From Bispira polyomma (Eukaryota), in contig OZ287758.1 in the NCBI GenBank assembly GCA_965649765.1, forward strand, positions 16,740,001 to 16,804,000: DNA of 64,000 nucleotides, read 5' to 3'. Each line of letters starts with the position of its first letter. The first letter of the stretch is position 1. The notes below the pieces were generated by a model. The model did not search any database. It was not told the DNA's origin and was given only the letters and a program-made list of their open reading frames with translations. The translations under genes and the position numbers were made by a program. Positions 24,525-37,200 of this stretch are shown piece after piece.

Positions 24525-27500
24525 TCAGTCATCTTCTAAATCAATAAAGTCCTCCTCATCAAAGTCACTGCCGAACAGTGAGTCAGCATCACTGCCACTA
24601 GATTCACTCTCACATAGTGTTACACTTGCAGAACTTGCAGAAGCAACATGTTCACTAGAAACCAGCTCAGTTTCTCTGTGTACTTCCTGCAGTAACGTTA
24701 CTTTTCTGGCTCTGAGATTGGGCCTACGCTGTCGCTTTCTGAATGCCAAAGAGTTCCACAGGTGAATTGCTGGTGAGGGATCAAAGTCTTCAATTGATGG
24801 AGAGTTTAATTTAATACGCATGCTGTCTGTAAGAGCTGTAACACTTAATTTATTCCTGGTATCAGTCTTCACCAGCTTCATCGTGGAGAACCCCCTTTCA
24901 CATTCAGAAGATCATGCAGGTAGGCTGAGCACCAGGTCAATGACAGCCAGGAAATTGCTGCACTTGTCATGGAATCTGGTGTTGATCTCTGGCCATTTCA
25001 TGCCTTGCTTCAGGAGTTCACTGTAATGCAATAATGTAACATACTAAACTCAATGATTTATTTATTAAAGTGATTAAACTAGCTGTTTCAACACAACATG
25101 TTGGTCATATCATAATAGGAAGTTGGTTCAAACTTGGTTGCATGGGTGCAGTCTGCAGTGAACAGTCATTAACCAGTCTAAACCAGGTATACTAGTTGGT
25201 CAAGATTATACACTGCAAAATCATTGCACAAAGCTGTAACCAGTGGTACTGACAGTTAACTTTTATGTTACTCAGAAAGACCAGATTATATGACTACTTA
25301 GATTTTAGACCATGACTTTAAAGTTAGCAAAGAAATTAAAAAATACATAACACAAACACTGCATTTTAATATTTTTACTTTATTTGGTAAAATCTATACA
25401 AACTTTGAGTAAAGTGAGCTCTTCAGTAAGTTCCATTCTGGGAGGGCAAGTCCAATCTGCACGCCACTCATTTCCAGCACATCATTCCAATGATTGAGAA
25501 GAATTTTGATGAACTCATCTCCAAAATCTATCAGTTACAAAGAACAAAAAAAATATTAGAAAACAACAGACACATGGAATCGTTGTAGTCTTGTAGAACA
25601 GGCTTGCTTAGATTCACTGATGATGACTCATGACTGTCAATGACATCCCTAGTTTCCTGGGAACTAAAATTGGACGACAGACAGCTGACGGCAGATGTAG
25701 TACTCAATGACGTAATACAGAAACAATATACAATACTAGAAGAAGCAGACACTAGTCACACTATACTATATAGTAATGAATGTATCCAAGTATTATAAGA
25801 CTTCTATTAAGCCAACACCAATGTATTAAGTATAATAAGCAGACTTTATAAGACATTTGTATCCCAACACCAATGTATTAAGTATTATAAGACTTTTGTA
25901 TCCCAACACCATTTTAACGTAACATAAACTGTCAAGTGAACTGTAGTCTGGGCTCTGGAGTAGCGAAAAAGAAACAAATTAACAAAAATGAACATAACAA
26001 ACAGCTAAACATTATGTATTTTATAACCATTTTGCATTTCTAATGGCTATATAGCAATATTGGCTATCCTTGTTGCACCAAGCACATCATTTGACACATT
26101 TTTGTAACGATTTTCCAAAGCTGTTACAAGCTTTGCAACAGTTGCGAATGGATAGGTGAAATCTGCACCAGTGAGGGTTTCTCCCTGATAGGAACCGGAG
26201 TTGTTCACCTCATTCTGCATTCTTTCCAGGTAAAATCCAGGACTGAAAATTGGATTAGAAATTTAGTATTTATAAATTATTGCAATATAAACCGTTTGAA
26301 AGTTATAGTTTGGAAATCATTTTTTGCTATTTAAGAGCACAATTTAAAGCTAAAAATGCCAAACAAAAGTACAAAAATTACACAATAGTTACAATGCAGT
26401 GTGCACCAATCAATCAATCAATCAAGTATCCAAGTGCTTAATCTCTGTACTAGCGGATTCTAAGGCACACCATCCAAAACATATGGCATAATAAGAAGAA
26501 TATGAAGTGATGCAAGTCGTAACCAGGAAGACCATCGATGATTGAAGAAAAGTAACACTTTTTACCTTTTCACCAGTTTTGTCAAGGGCGTCTTGGTTGC
26601 TTCAAGCTCTTCATGACAGGAGTAGATACAAGAATCTGCTTTCTGCAGTTCCAACGACAGAGATGAAAGGACTGTTAACAGGTCTTGCATGAAATGGCCG
26701 TAGGCAATAAGGGGCTTTGATCTCAACATCTTCAGCATGGTTTTGTCTTTCGGGGCTAGCCTTGAATCTAGTTGCCAAGTCTAAAAATATACGGTGCGAA
26801 AATACTACTATATTTTGACTTGGGTTTCAATAAAAAAAATTCAGGGTTAGAGATGGTTTCATTAGTCCAATGTAGCGGGATGGTCCTCCAGTATTTTTCC
26901 ATTTTACAAGCGGATTTGGATTTGGTCTAATAATTTTTTTTTTATTTGGGTTTAACATCTGTTTCAAGTTTCAACAAATTGTATCAGCCATATCAGTTTT
27001 ACGGGCGGAGGAAACCAGTACTTACTAGTTGGTCAGAATTTTGCACTGGAACGATACCACTTTCAATGCATTTTTAGAACATGTTACATGAAGTAGGCTA
27101 TATTAGGTGTACACATTTCATTTTTGGTTTTACGCGAAGATCAGCTGGCAAAGATGTCCCTATTCTTACTGATTAGTCGGCTAGTCGTGACCAGTGGTTG
27201 TGACTGCCCTAAAATAGGCCTGCACTACGTCTACATTATAAAAAATAACAAACAAATAATAAAGGTGATTTGAATATACCTGTTCAAGATGTTGCACAAA
27301 TGCCTTATACCCTTTCCATAGGTTCCCTATTGCATGCAGGGTGTGGGACATCCATCGTGTGCCACCAATTCTAGTTGGCATGACTGAAGACATGCCAAGT
27401 GCCTGAAGAATAACAATAATAAATTTATGAAATAACCCTTTTCTTTTCAGATTTGTACAAATTTTACCCAATGGACGGCTGCCTCTATTAGAGTAAATTA

Positions 27501-28845
27501 TCAATATCTCAGCAGACAGAATATAATATTGTATCATTAAAAACTGACAACATCAAATTAAAAAACTGTGCCATCATGTCAGCTCACTTAACATCATAAT
27601 AACAGGCAGTTATCAGGTCATAAAATATATGAAAATTTTATAGGCTTTTTGCTTCAGTCAATCAATCACATGTATTGACATAACAGTGCTGTGACATTGC
27701 ATTAAACAGTCAGTAAATTAACTTCTCCAAGATCACTATTTACTTACTTTAAATGAAGCTTCTAGTCCTGACCTCTGAAGAGGGCTTCTGTGGTAAAAAC
27801 TGAACAAATTTGTCAACAATCATGTCAGCTTATCATGTTGCTTACTATTCTTTAACACATCCTTAAATGTCAGCTCAAGTCTATGTACAGGACACTGGAC
27901 CATTACAATAGAATGACTCCATTCCTGCCTCATCTTGGCAACGACACCATTCAGTTTTCCTATGTTTACACTTGCACCGTCCGCAGCAGAGGCAACAACT
28001 TTCCTGTAATAATTTGGTACGGTTTCATCATCATACTGTAAGTCCTTCAACGAATCCTTAATTGCTGTCAGTATTCCTTGAGCATCAGACTTTCGGGTTG
28101 ACTGCATTGACAAGAAACTAGTTTCAATCACACCACCAGTACACCATCGCACATACACAACTTCATTCTCCTTCACTGACACATCTGTCGAACTATCCGA
28201 AATTACTGTCAAAAATTTAGTGTCATCTAGTTTTTTCTTCAAATTCTGTACTTCGACCTCAGCAATAGCCCAAACAAACTGACGGCAGGCTTTGTCATTT
28301 CTGTAGGTGTCCCCAACATGTAACCCCTTTCGCTGATCCAGTTATAACATCCAGTTGAAGTTAGAAAAAGGGCGGTTATTTTTGGCTAATGCATGTGCGT
28401 TTCGAAACAATATTGATAATCTTTCAAATGCAGCAGAGTTCAATTTCTCAATTGCCTTTTCTGCTATAGTGTCCCCTGGTTTTTTACTTCTACCTTCAAC
28501 ATGCACTACTGCCAGTTTATGGCCCTGGCTGGTATCATGATCCACAAGGACTGACCTTTTTAAATTACTACATCCAGTGACAAAGTTGCCCTTAGAATAT
28601 TTTCTAAATAAACCCCTATCTGGCAAGTTGGAAATGCTGAGGTCCCCATAAGAGGCTCTACATGGTTTGCAATAAACCTTTGATTGTCCCTGGTCATGGA
28701 GTAACCATGAAAATTCCTGGTTCCATGAGGCCTGGAATGTCATTTTCCTCTTATTCCTATAATACTCTCTATCCCTATCTGGCTTTTCTTCTTCAGTCTT
28801 TCTTTTCTTTTCAGGGGGTTGGGTACAACCAAGGTACTTCCACAT
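24525..28845 (-). pseudogene. Six-exon hAT (ZNF862-like) transposase pseudogene
   Basis: Exons 28845-27748, 27402-27280, 26780-26566, 26242-26028, 25527-25404 and 25020-24525, with GT-AG introns in compatible phase. Motifs DSSTD, DGASVN, CPVHRLEL, TRW, ECERGFS. Four in-frame stops. Confidence 0.9.
25788..25912. repeat. Short minisatellite in a transposase intron
   Basis: About 3 imperfect copies of AAGTATTATAAGAC...CCAACACCAATGTATT. Confidence 0.75.
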
Positions 28846-31800
28846 CTCTTAAAGTTAAACTTTAGCAAGAAACAGTATATCAAAATATTGCCGATAACTC
28901 CCGCGTGTCCCAGTCTCCAGAATGCACACAATGTAACTCCTCACTAGTAAACTCCAACAACAAAACAATGTACCAAAATATCGCCGATAATTCCCACCTG
29001 TGCAAAAATGTAAACAATTGTAACTTCTCACAACTCCGCCAGATGGCGCTGGCGAGAAGGTTTTGAAAGCCAGCTTCTGATTGGAGGAATACTGAGAACC
29101 TCGACCAATGAGAAGAGAGATTAAAAATGTTGTTTACAAAATGGAAACAAAATGGCGACGACCGGTATTTTCATCAAATTGAAGGTATTTGTAGCATATA
29201 TATGCCTAGAATTTTAGAAAAGGCTTTTTATATTATTGTAAAAGTTCAAGGACAGTCGGACCGATTTGTTTTAAAAGTTGTAGGCCCGCGAGTATTTCCA
29301 TCGGTCTTGGACCGGCGGACCGGTGCCAATTTCTAACACTGTTCATAAGTGGCTATTCTCTCACATAGGGTTGGCTGTTTCTAACAATTCTATGAATGAC
29401 AAGGAGAGAATCTATCATTCTCTTATGTTGATTGGTAACATACTAAACAAACTGGTACTAGTTATTGCTTGCTAGTTATGAGGCTGCCCAACAATGGTTA
29501 AGACCTATCAATGGTTAGGCGCTATCAGGAACTTAATGGTAACAAGAGTACTCAGTAGATCGCAAACCTCTGCCATGAGGTCCACAATCAAATGGATCCA
29601 TGCATAAAGCTACACTCTAGACCTAGTACGCCATCTGATACCATATACCAAAGCAGATGACTAACTTTTAGACTAAATCACCCATTTCCTGGTAGCTTTT
29701 GAGGTATAAGGTGAATACTGGTTAAATTTTAAAGCATGTATGCAGTACTTACTTAACTTTATCAAAATTTGCTCCAACATTGAATGGTGTCCTCTTATGT
29801 TATATTTAAGTTTACGATGTATAATGATTTAGATGACAATGAAATATACTTCATTACCGGCAGCAAACGAGCAATGTTTATTTAATTATAGTCTTAACCT
29901 TAAAAGCCACCATTGTTATTAATCATTCAAATGAAACTCCAGGTCTATAAGATGTAATTTGCACCTGAGGATTTTTATAAGAAAAAACCAAATCTTAGCG
30001 AGGTAGGAAAGCACTTTAAATGATGCCTTTGTCAGGTCTGTTTTGATTTATGATGTGGCTGTTTTTCCAGGTCACTCTAGCAACTCTATTTATTTGAATA
30101 TTAATAAACAGCTCAGATGTCTGCTGTGTTCATTTATTTTGTGGCAATGCTGGAGTGAAGAGATTTGTACTCTGTCAAGCGTCTGAGGTATCAGGTTCAG
30201 GTTGTGTACATGTCACTTCGTCTAACATTTTTATGGACTTTGTCATTTCACTTTTATTAATAAATTTAGGTTTAGGGGTTAACACATGCAACGTTTGATC
30301 AGAGAAAATGTCATTTCCAAGCAACAATGTTGAATAAACAGTGCTACTGTAGATGACAAATGTATGTAACTCATCATAATTATTAGTACAACTAGTTTAT
30401 CTCCCTCAACACAACAGGAAAATTCATTGGTGGAAGAAACCAATACAGATTAGATTTCTATACTACAAAGCACTGTCCCAGAGCAAGTCTACTGCCAAGC
30501 TCCCCTAGTTTATACCAGGGTAGAGATTTAAACCCAAGAGCACAGAAGTGGATAATATGAATTTGAAATTGTTAAAATTTAAGTGCTACAATCGATGTCC
30601 ATGCATCATTTGTAGTGAAAAGAGTAATTTGATAGATAAAAAGGGTTAGTGATCAAAGAGTCCAGTCACAACCGGCAAACATGTGAGATCGGGTTTGAAT
30701 TTGTCGAAAGTCTGTAATCCTTTTTTTCAATCCTGATGCTGGAATGGAGACTACACCATTCAGAAAATGTGTTGGTATTATTAAAAATGGTCAGTGGATG
30801 TAAAAATATTGTGCACAAGCTGTAGTTTAAATAACGCCATACAATTACACCTCTGGACATAAAGCCAGTTATTTTACCTATACTATAGTTTTTGTTTATT
30901 GAAAGCCTAACAAAGTAATGGCTATTATGGTTGAAGCACCAGTACCTGTCCTTTATGTCAGCCAGTCCTTCTTTGTAATTCCTCGATTCCTGTGACAGAT
31001 CACACTGAACAGTTTAGTTGTGCTGTAAAGTTTCGTAGTATTAGTGTAGCCCTCTTTAGCTGAATAACAAGGTGTTTATCTCGTTCTTTTTGAACCATCA
31101 TGCTACAATTATTCTGTTTAGAGTAAAAATAATAGTGTTCAACACTAAGACATGTACCAACTTGTTGATATAATACTATTGTTAACTTTGTCACCAAATT
31201 TAAAACATGACAGAAGGAACAATTCAGACTGTCACTAAATATAACACAACTAGAAGGTGGGGTGAGTGTTTTACTGTCCAGGAACTGTGTATGCAATGTT
31301 ACTGACCTAATACAAAAACACACATACGCATATATGATACATATAAAAACATTTTTAAGACACTGTGATATTGAAAATATTTTATACCACTTATATTTCA
31401 GAAATAATTCATTTTAAATAGTTTTTCTGTTACAATATATTTTTGTAATATTTTATACTGACATACTATAATATTATTCTTTACTACAATCACAAAGGTA
31501 ATGTGTATATTTTTGCCTGGTCATTTTCTTCCAAATCATATTTACCTGTATAAAAAAGTTTGGAAAAAATGAATATGCCCTGATTATTAAAACAGATTAA
31601 CTGGTATTAATTCAAGATGGCAAAATGATGAAAAAAGTTAAAACCTATGCTGACTTGTTTAGTTTAGGTTTAATGTTGCTAATGCACTGGCAAAAGAAAT
31701 CAGGAAAGGGTAATTGGTCGAAGATTTCTGCTTTGCAAATCACAGGCTTTTGGCAAGTCTACCCTAAACTTTTCCACAGGGCCGTGATTTGAGCCCATGA

Positions 31801-32130
31801 CTGCCGAGGTTGGAGGCAATTGTGTTTACTTCCATAAACTATATTACTGCTCAAGTTTTGTCATTACATTCTCTTTTGTAGGTAGTATAGCACATGTAAC
31901 TCAAAATACCAGGGCTCAAAAACAACTAATACAATATCCAGTGACAAGAAGATGTAATATGTACTACAGTCTTCATCTGAAGAAGAAAGGTTGGCGATAA
32001 ACGATGTGGTTATCCATCAAATCTAGTGTCACAGTATATCATGTGATCTCAGTTTGTTGATTAATGGTATGCTAGTTTCTGCAGCTCTACTCCAACCACT
32101 CCATTTATCTGACTGTTAATAAACAGCCCA

Positions 32131-32272
32131 GGTCTGCTATTCACAAAGATTCTAAGTCTTATCTTTGTCTAAAGCAATTTAATTGGCTGACAATATTTTT
32201 TAGAAAGAATCTGTTTTGCTGAGCCTAAGATTCTAAGAATTGCATTCTAAAAATGTTTGTGAATACAGCCCC
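32131..32272. mobile_element. Small MITE (possibly PIF/Harbinger-like)
   Basis: Inverted ends ..CTGCTATTCACAAAG / TTTGTGAATACAGCCCC. The left half recurs at ~18441, ~39396 and ~51435. Confidence 0.5.
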
Positions 32273-32512
32273 TGATGTATAAATCAGGAGCTCTTTCAAA
32301 TAGTACAATGTATAGTTCTATTATGTTAAGGCCATAATAATAAAACCCCATTGTGATATTGTATTTGATTGTAACAATCTGGAAATGTTAAGGGGACTTA
32401 AGTGACTATTTGAACATGCAAATCAAATCAGTAATAACAAATTGGTAGACACATTGGATACTTTTCTCAAATAACAGGTAAGAATTGTAATTAGACTTTT
32501 ATAGCACTTAAG

Positions 32513-32680
32513 ACTAAGGTGGGTATGGCTTGGTGTACAGGTAGGTTTTAAGCTGCTTTCTAAAAGAGGCTAGAGAGGGGGAGGCACGAATCAACACAGA
32601 AAGGGCATTCCAAACAGTGGGAGCATTAAAAGCAAAGCTATAGCCAAACTGTTTGACAGACTATTGAGTAGAAGACTGTA
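32513..32680 (-). mobile_element. 3' fragment of L2/CR1-group LINE
   Basis: Minus frame reads QFGYSFAFNAPTVWNAL...SLASFRKQLKTYLYTKPYPP*. Confidence 0.7.
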
Positions 32681-33435
32681 CAAATTACAAAGTCATGAAT
32701 ATAATTATAGTAAACTTTACATACCTAAATGTGTTTCAACATGCAAACAGCTGAAAAACCAAACAACTAACGTATTTTTCAAAGCTTGACTTGAACGTTA
32801 ACAAGCTATATTAATTTAAATTGAAACAATCAGTTTTTTTGGAATCTAGTACAGATATTACAGGGTTAGGAAACCTCTACACCAGGACCTGTACAATATG
32901 TTACATCTCCCGGGACAGTCTTCAAAACTATTAACATTTAAACAAAAAAATACCAAACATGTCAGTATATAGAGGGTTAAAAAGATGCCTCATAATCTGG
33001 AATGGAACAAACTCTACTCTGTATTGATGTTTAGCCTAATATAAACCAATACCTCTGTGTTATCTGATGTGATATCAAACCCATATACTTCAAAAGAAGT
33101 GCGGCTGTAAAAGTCTCTGACTAATAATAGTATCAGCCAACTGTTCTATAACTACATACAATGCAACAACGGAAGCTGTCTATCTTTATGCCTTAAACAT
33201 AGCAATTTACAGTCTAAAAAGTTTGTATATTTGTCATTGGGTGGAAAAAACAGGCAGATTGAGTCTGTGATTGTAAGTTGTGATAATAAGAGGTTTGTGT
33301 GAGCTCACTTTTAACACTGTACATCATATTGTGATGGCTAGAATTATTGTAGAAGAAAGTCAGTAATATTTGGACTAGAAACAACTGACCAACAGTGAGT
33401 ACATGGCAAACTTTCCCATGTAAAGAAAACAGGAA

Positions 33436-33820
33436 AATCTAATCTAATAAACAAGCTACAGAAAATTTAAAATAACATGTGCAGAATAGTAAGCCATGTG
33501 GCCATCGCACACTCCCCTATTTAAACAATTACATTGGTTACCAATTGAGTTCCGTATTAAACTTAAGGTAATTGTCCTCATTTTTAAGACAGTCTGTGTA
33601 CGTCAATCTGTCTACTATGCTGTCTCTCAGCAATCTCACCAGAGGTAATCATCTCTCCACTTCTCGGTTTCCTACCCCAAAAATTAGCTGGTTCAAAATC
33701 ATTCTTAGTTGCAGCACCTGCTGAGTGGAACAGCCTCCCTACTAGTCTTCGGACTGAGACATCACAGGTTTCAGAAAAATTTCAAAGCACATCTGTATCA
33801 GCTTGCTTTCCCACCCTAGC
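33436..33820 (+). mobile_element. 3' fragment of L2-like LINE (copy A)
   Basis: KQLHWLPIEFRIK and AAPAEWNSLP motifs. Confidence 0.75.
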
Positions 33821-34051
33821 ATTCATCTGCTGGTCAAACTAAACTCTGATCACAAACCTTTTCCGTCTATTTTTTATCCTTTTGCACACTTATTAGGATA
33901 TGCGCGACAGAGGATGCCTGGTCATCGATTGTTTTGTTTAAAAACTAAAAATATTAACATTAATCCTACTATCCTTAGAGGTGCGAGGTTAAACATATAA
34001 AAGAAGATGCTTATAACAGCCAGGAAACACCTTAGTCCCCCTTAAACATAG

Positions 34052-34260
34052 AATTTGAATTTAATTAAGTTTTACATCGCTTTCAACAGCTTAGGTCTCA
34101 TCACGACGGCCGTATTCAATGGTGGAAGAAACCAGTACTGAAGCACTGTAAATCACTGACAATTACCTGACAAATTTTCCCGCTGGAAGGAACAATCGTG
34201 ATTCAAACCCACATTGGTGAGAGAGCAGTAGGCTTTTAATCACTAGGCCACGAGATCCCT
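34052..34260 (-). mobile_element. tRNA-derived SINE (copy A)
   Basis: Minus strand has A-box-like GTGGCCTAGTGA and B-box-like GGTTTGAATC, then a tail GGTTTCTTCCACCA...GCTGTTGAAAGCGATGTAAAAC. A related fragment lies at ~26945-27030. Confidence 0.65.
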
Positions 34261-37200
34261 CCCTTGAACATAGAATAATAGACAAATATGCATGAGCTAT
34301 AATATTAATATTAATGCAGAGTCTATAAGTTGGTGTTAGTTTCAATTTGCTTCATTTTTATTCCAAAAGGGCATTCTAATTTAGAAGTAGTTATTATATG
34401 TTAATACCCACAAATTTATCTTCTGTGTTAGTTTCAAACGGAAGAACTGCTAGGTCTGGAGTAAACAGTGGAAAAATCCATCAAGTACTGTGTCACGTTA
34501 AATCATGGCTTTGTCATGACTGTTTTGATTTATGATGTGGCTGTTTCTCCAGGTCACTCTCCCTACTCCTTTTATTTGACTATTTATGAACAGTTCACAT
34601 GTTGGCTGTGATCATTTCTTTGGCCTAATGACTGGCAATGTTACAGTGAAGAACTCTCTAAATCTGTCAGAATGTCCATATAGTCTCAGCTGGCATTATA
34701 CATTCACCACCCTTTTTAATTTCACATGGCTTAAGAACTTTCTGATTGAGTGACTTTTTATCTGTGTGAAGTAGTATTTTTCCTCCTGATGGTAAAAATT
34801 AAACAGAACGACTGAGATTTCGCTTGAGGTTTTTGGTTATTTGTTTAGCAACCCCACTTTACCAACATATAATACTCAAGGGTTAGTAAAAAGTAAGACG
34901 TTTTAGGACATTGGGAGTAGTAAAACATAAGGACAGGCAGCTTCAATAGTTACTTGTTTCAGGTGCAAAAATGTTTAGAAGCTGTAGATTTAAGAAGTGC
35001 ATTGGAGTGCAGTGAACGCACATGGGTTGAGTTGTTAGTTTTATTATTTCATCAACTGATAGAAAAATGGTGAAAAATATATTATAGACAATGAAATAAG
35101 TTTTCTACATAAGAAAATGCAAGAAAAGCATTCCATATCACATTAGAAACTGTACATGGTTGTACAAAAGGAGCAGGGATTGCAAATTTCACATTTGAGT
35201 AGCTTTTTGTACAATGTCTAAGTACATTTATCGCTGGTAAAATTGGGCATGCCACACAGCCTCGAAATATACGACTTTGACTGACAAAACTGCTGTTTTA
35301 ACTGGTCAACCGAATCACTGTATTTGGGAAAAATCAATGTCATCTGCCTTTTACAGGAAGTGGTGTTATATGCTAGAGTAAACTATCTTATGGACGACAT
35401 GTATGGACCATTTTTAAATACATAACATTTCTAACTTTAACACTTGTGACAGTCACATTTTCCTGTGTAAAAAATAATGTGACTAAATTTAAAATATACT
35501 TTGACATGTAACGATCATTGTGTGTATTTAATATTGTAGAATTCAGTAAGTATACATCATGTAAGGTTAAGTAGGAACAGGGAGGGCGTAATTTAATCCA
35601 CCCTTAGCTTTGATTAATAATAATCTGACTTATTTAAGACTTATTGCTAGTCATACAGATGGTTTGGCCTTAAACTGTTGGTGGGTCTTATCTACTACAG
35701 CACCACAACAGCTCACACCTGTGTACCTCAATCTGGGCTACACTTATTATAAGAGACAAACTTGGCTTTTTTAGCTATTTCTATTACTTCAAATCAAGTA
35801 ACAGTTTGAAAATTGAGACTTCATAACTATCTCATAAATGTAATGTAAGACACAAAACCCAGTCACTCCATCTACAGTACAAAAACTAAGCCTGTGTTTG
35901 AAAGGAGTTTCTAGCAGGCCTCAGCTTTACCCTAATTGCCTCTGTACCCCACCCACTCCTCTATAATCACTGTGTTAGGTTTTAATTAACACCCCACCAC
36001 ATACACACACTACATTAATGTCACCTCTCCTGACCTCCTCAATCCTGACGAATGGTACCAACTTATCCTCAGGACGAGGAGTGAAATAGAAAGTAGATCT
36101 TACATAGAGGAGAGTGTGTATGTGGGGAGAGGAGGGAGGGGTAACCGGACATGTCCCAACCCAGACCTTAGCATCACACAACGTCCAGAATAATTTAGGC
36201 TCATCTAACACTGACAAGCTTATGCTTTTTAATGCTGTTGTAGAAGTTATGTCCAAAATTGATTACATGCCAAGCTGAAACAATGGCAACTGTGTAGTGT
36301 ATTTCTAACATTCTGGTGTTGTGTAAGTAATGCTAGCACCATTTTGGGGTCATTTGAAAACTATGTCTAAAGTGAGTGCATTTGGAGACAGTTTAAAACT
36401 GTTGTGAAAGTTATATCCAAGATTTAGTGTTTACACGTCAGAGCTAAATGGCAATGTAAAATCTCATCTTTTGAGCCTGTATTCTCCAACCAAACTTAAA
36501 CTGAACTCCAAAAAAGACAAAGTGGTAATTAAGCCATACTAAAACATTCATTTCTGAAGAGAGTTCAGCACTGAATTCAAATATGCAGCTAGATTTGACT
36601 TCTGCCACAGATAGGGATACCTAAAATTTGAGCTTGAGTCTGAGTTGAGCTTGAGAATTTTGGAGATAACGGCTTCTGGAATGTTGTAACTGGAGGACCA
36701 AAGTAACTTTAATAACTTAAGAAGTCACTTAGTAAGTACTGGAGGTCTATTGTTAGAGATCTAAGTCGACAGGAAATCCAATTTATTATAATTCAAACAA
36801 AAATAAGAAAGTTATCATTTAAACACACATGTATAAATTTAACTTTAAAAATTAAACATACACAAGATATGTTGATCGGTTCAGGAATTACTTGTCAAGA
36901 GTAACTATAAGGGTATCAGTAAGTACTGGGGATTTCTAGTAATAAAACTATATATTTTTGTACCAGTTAAATGTGTCTATCGTATCTGCTCATCAAATTG
37001 TGAATTTTCAGAATTATTACCATACTATTAAAATTACCAAATTATTATTATTACACACTTTACACAAAATTACTTCCCATCATAACTCACAAATACGCAA
37101 TCAAGAGAAAAAGGTCTTGGTTAAAATAGGTTAGTATATTTAATTGTATAGAATCAAGTTGAGTGCTAAAAAGAGACAACAAGGTCTGTGTTAATGTGTC

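Larger units (their letters stand above)
24226..29341 (-). mobile_element. hAT DNA transposon (5116 bp)
   Basis: 8-bp TSD TTCATAAG at 24218-24225 and 29342-29349. Imperfect TIRs CAGTGTACGAACTT / CAGTGTTAGAAATT. Empty site in copy B at ~48880. Confidence 0.95.

Noticed and set aside
25788-25912. Spaced short repeats considered as a CRISPR array
   Set aside because: It is an imperfect tandem minisatellite in a eukaryotic intron, with no unique spacers and no cas genes.
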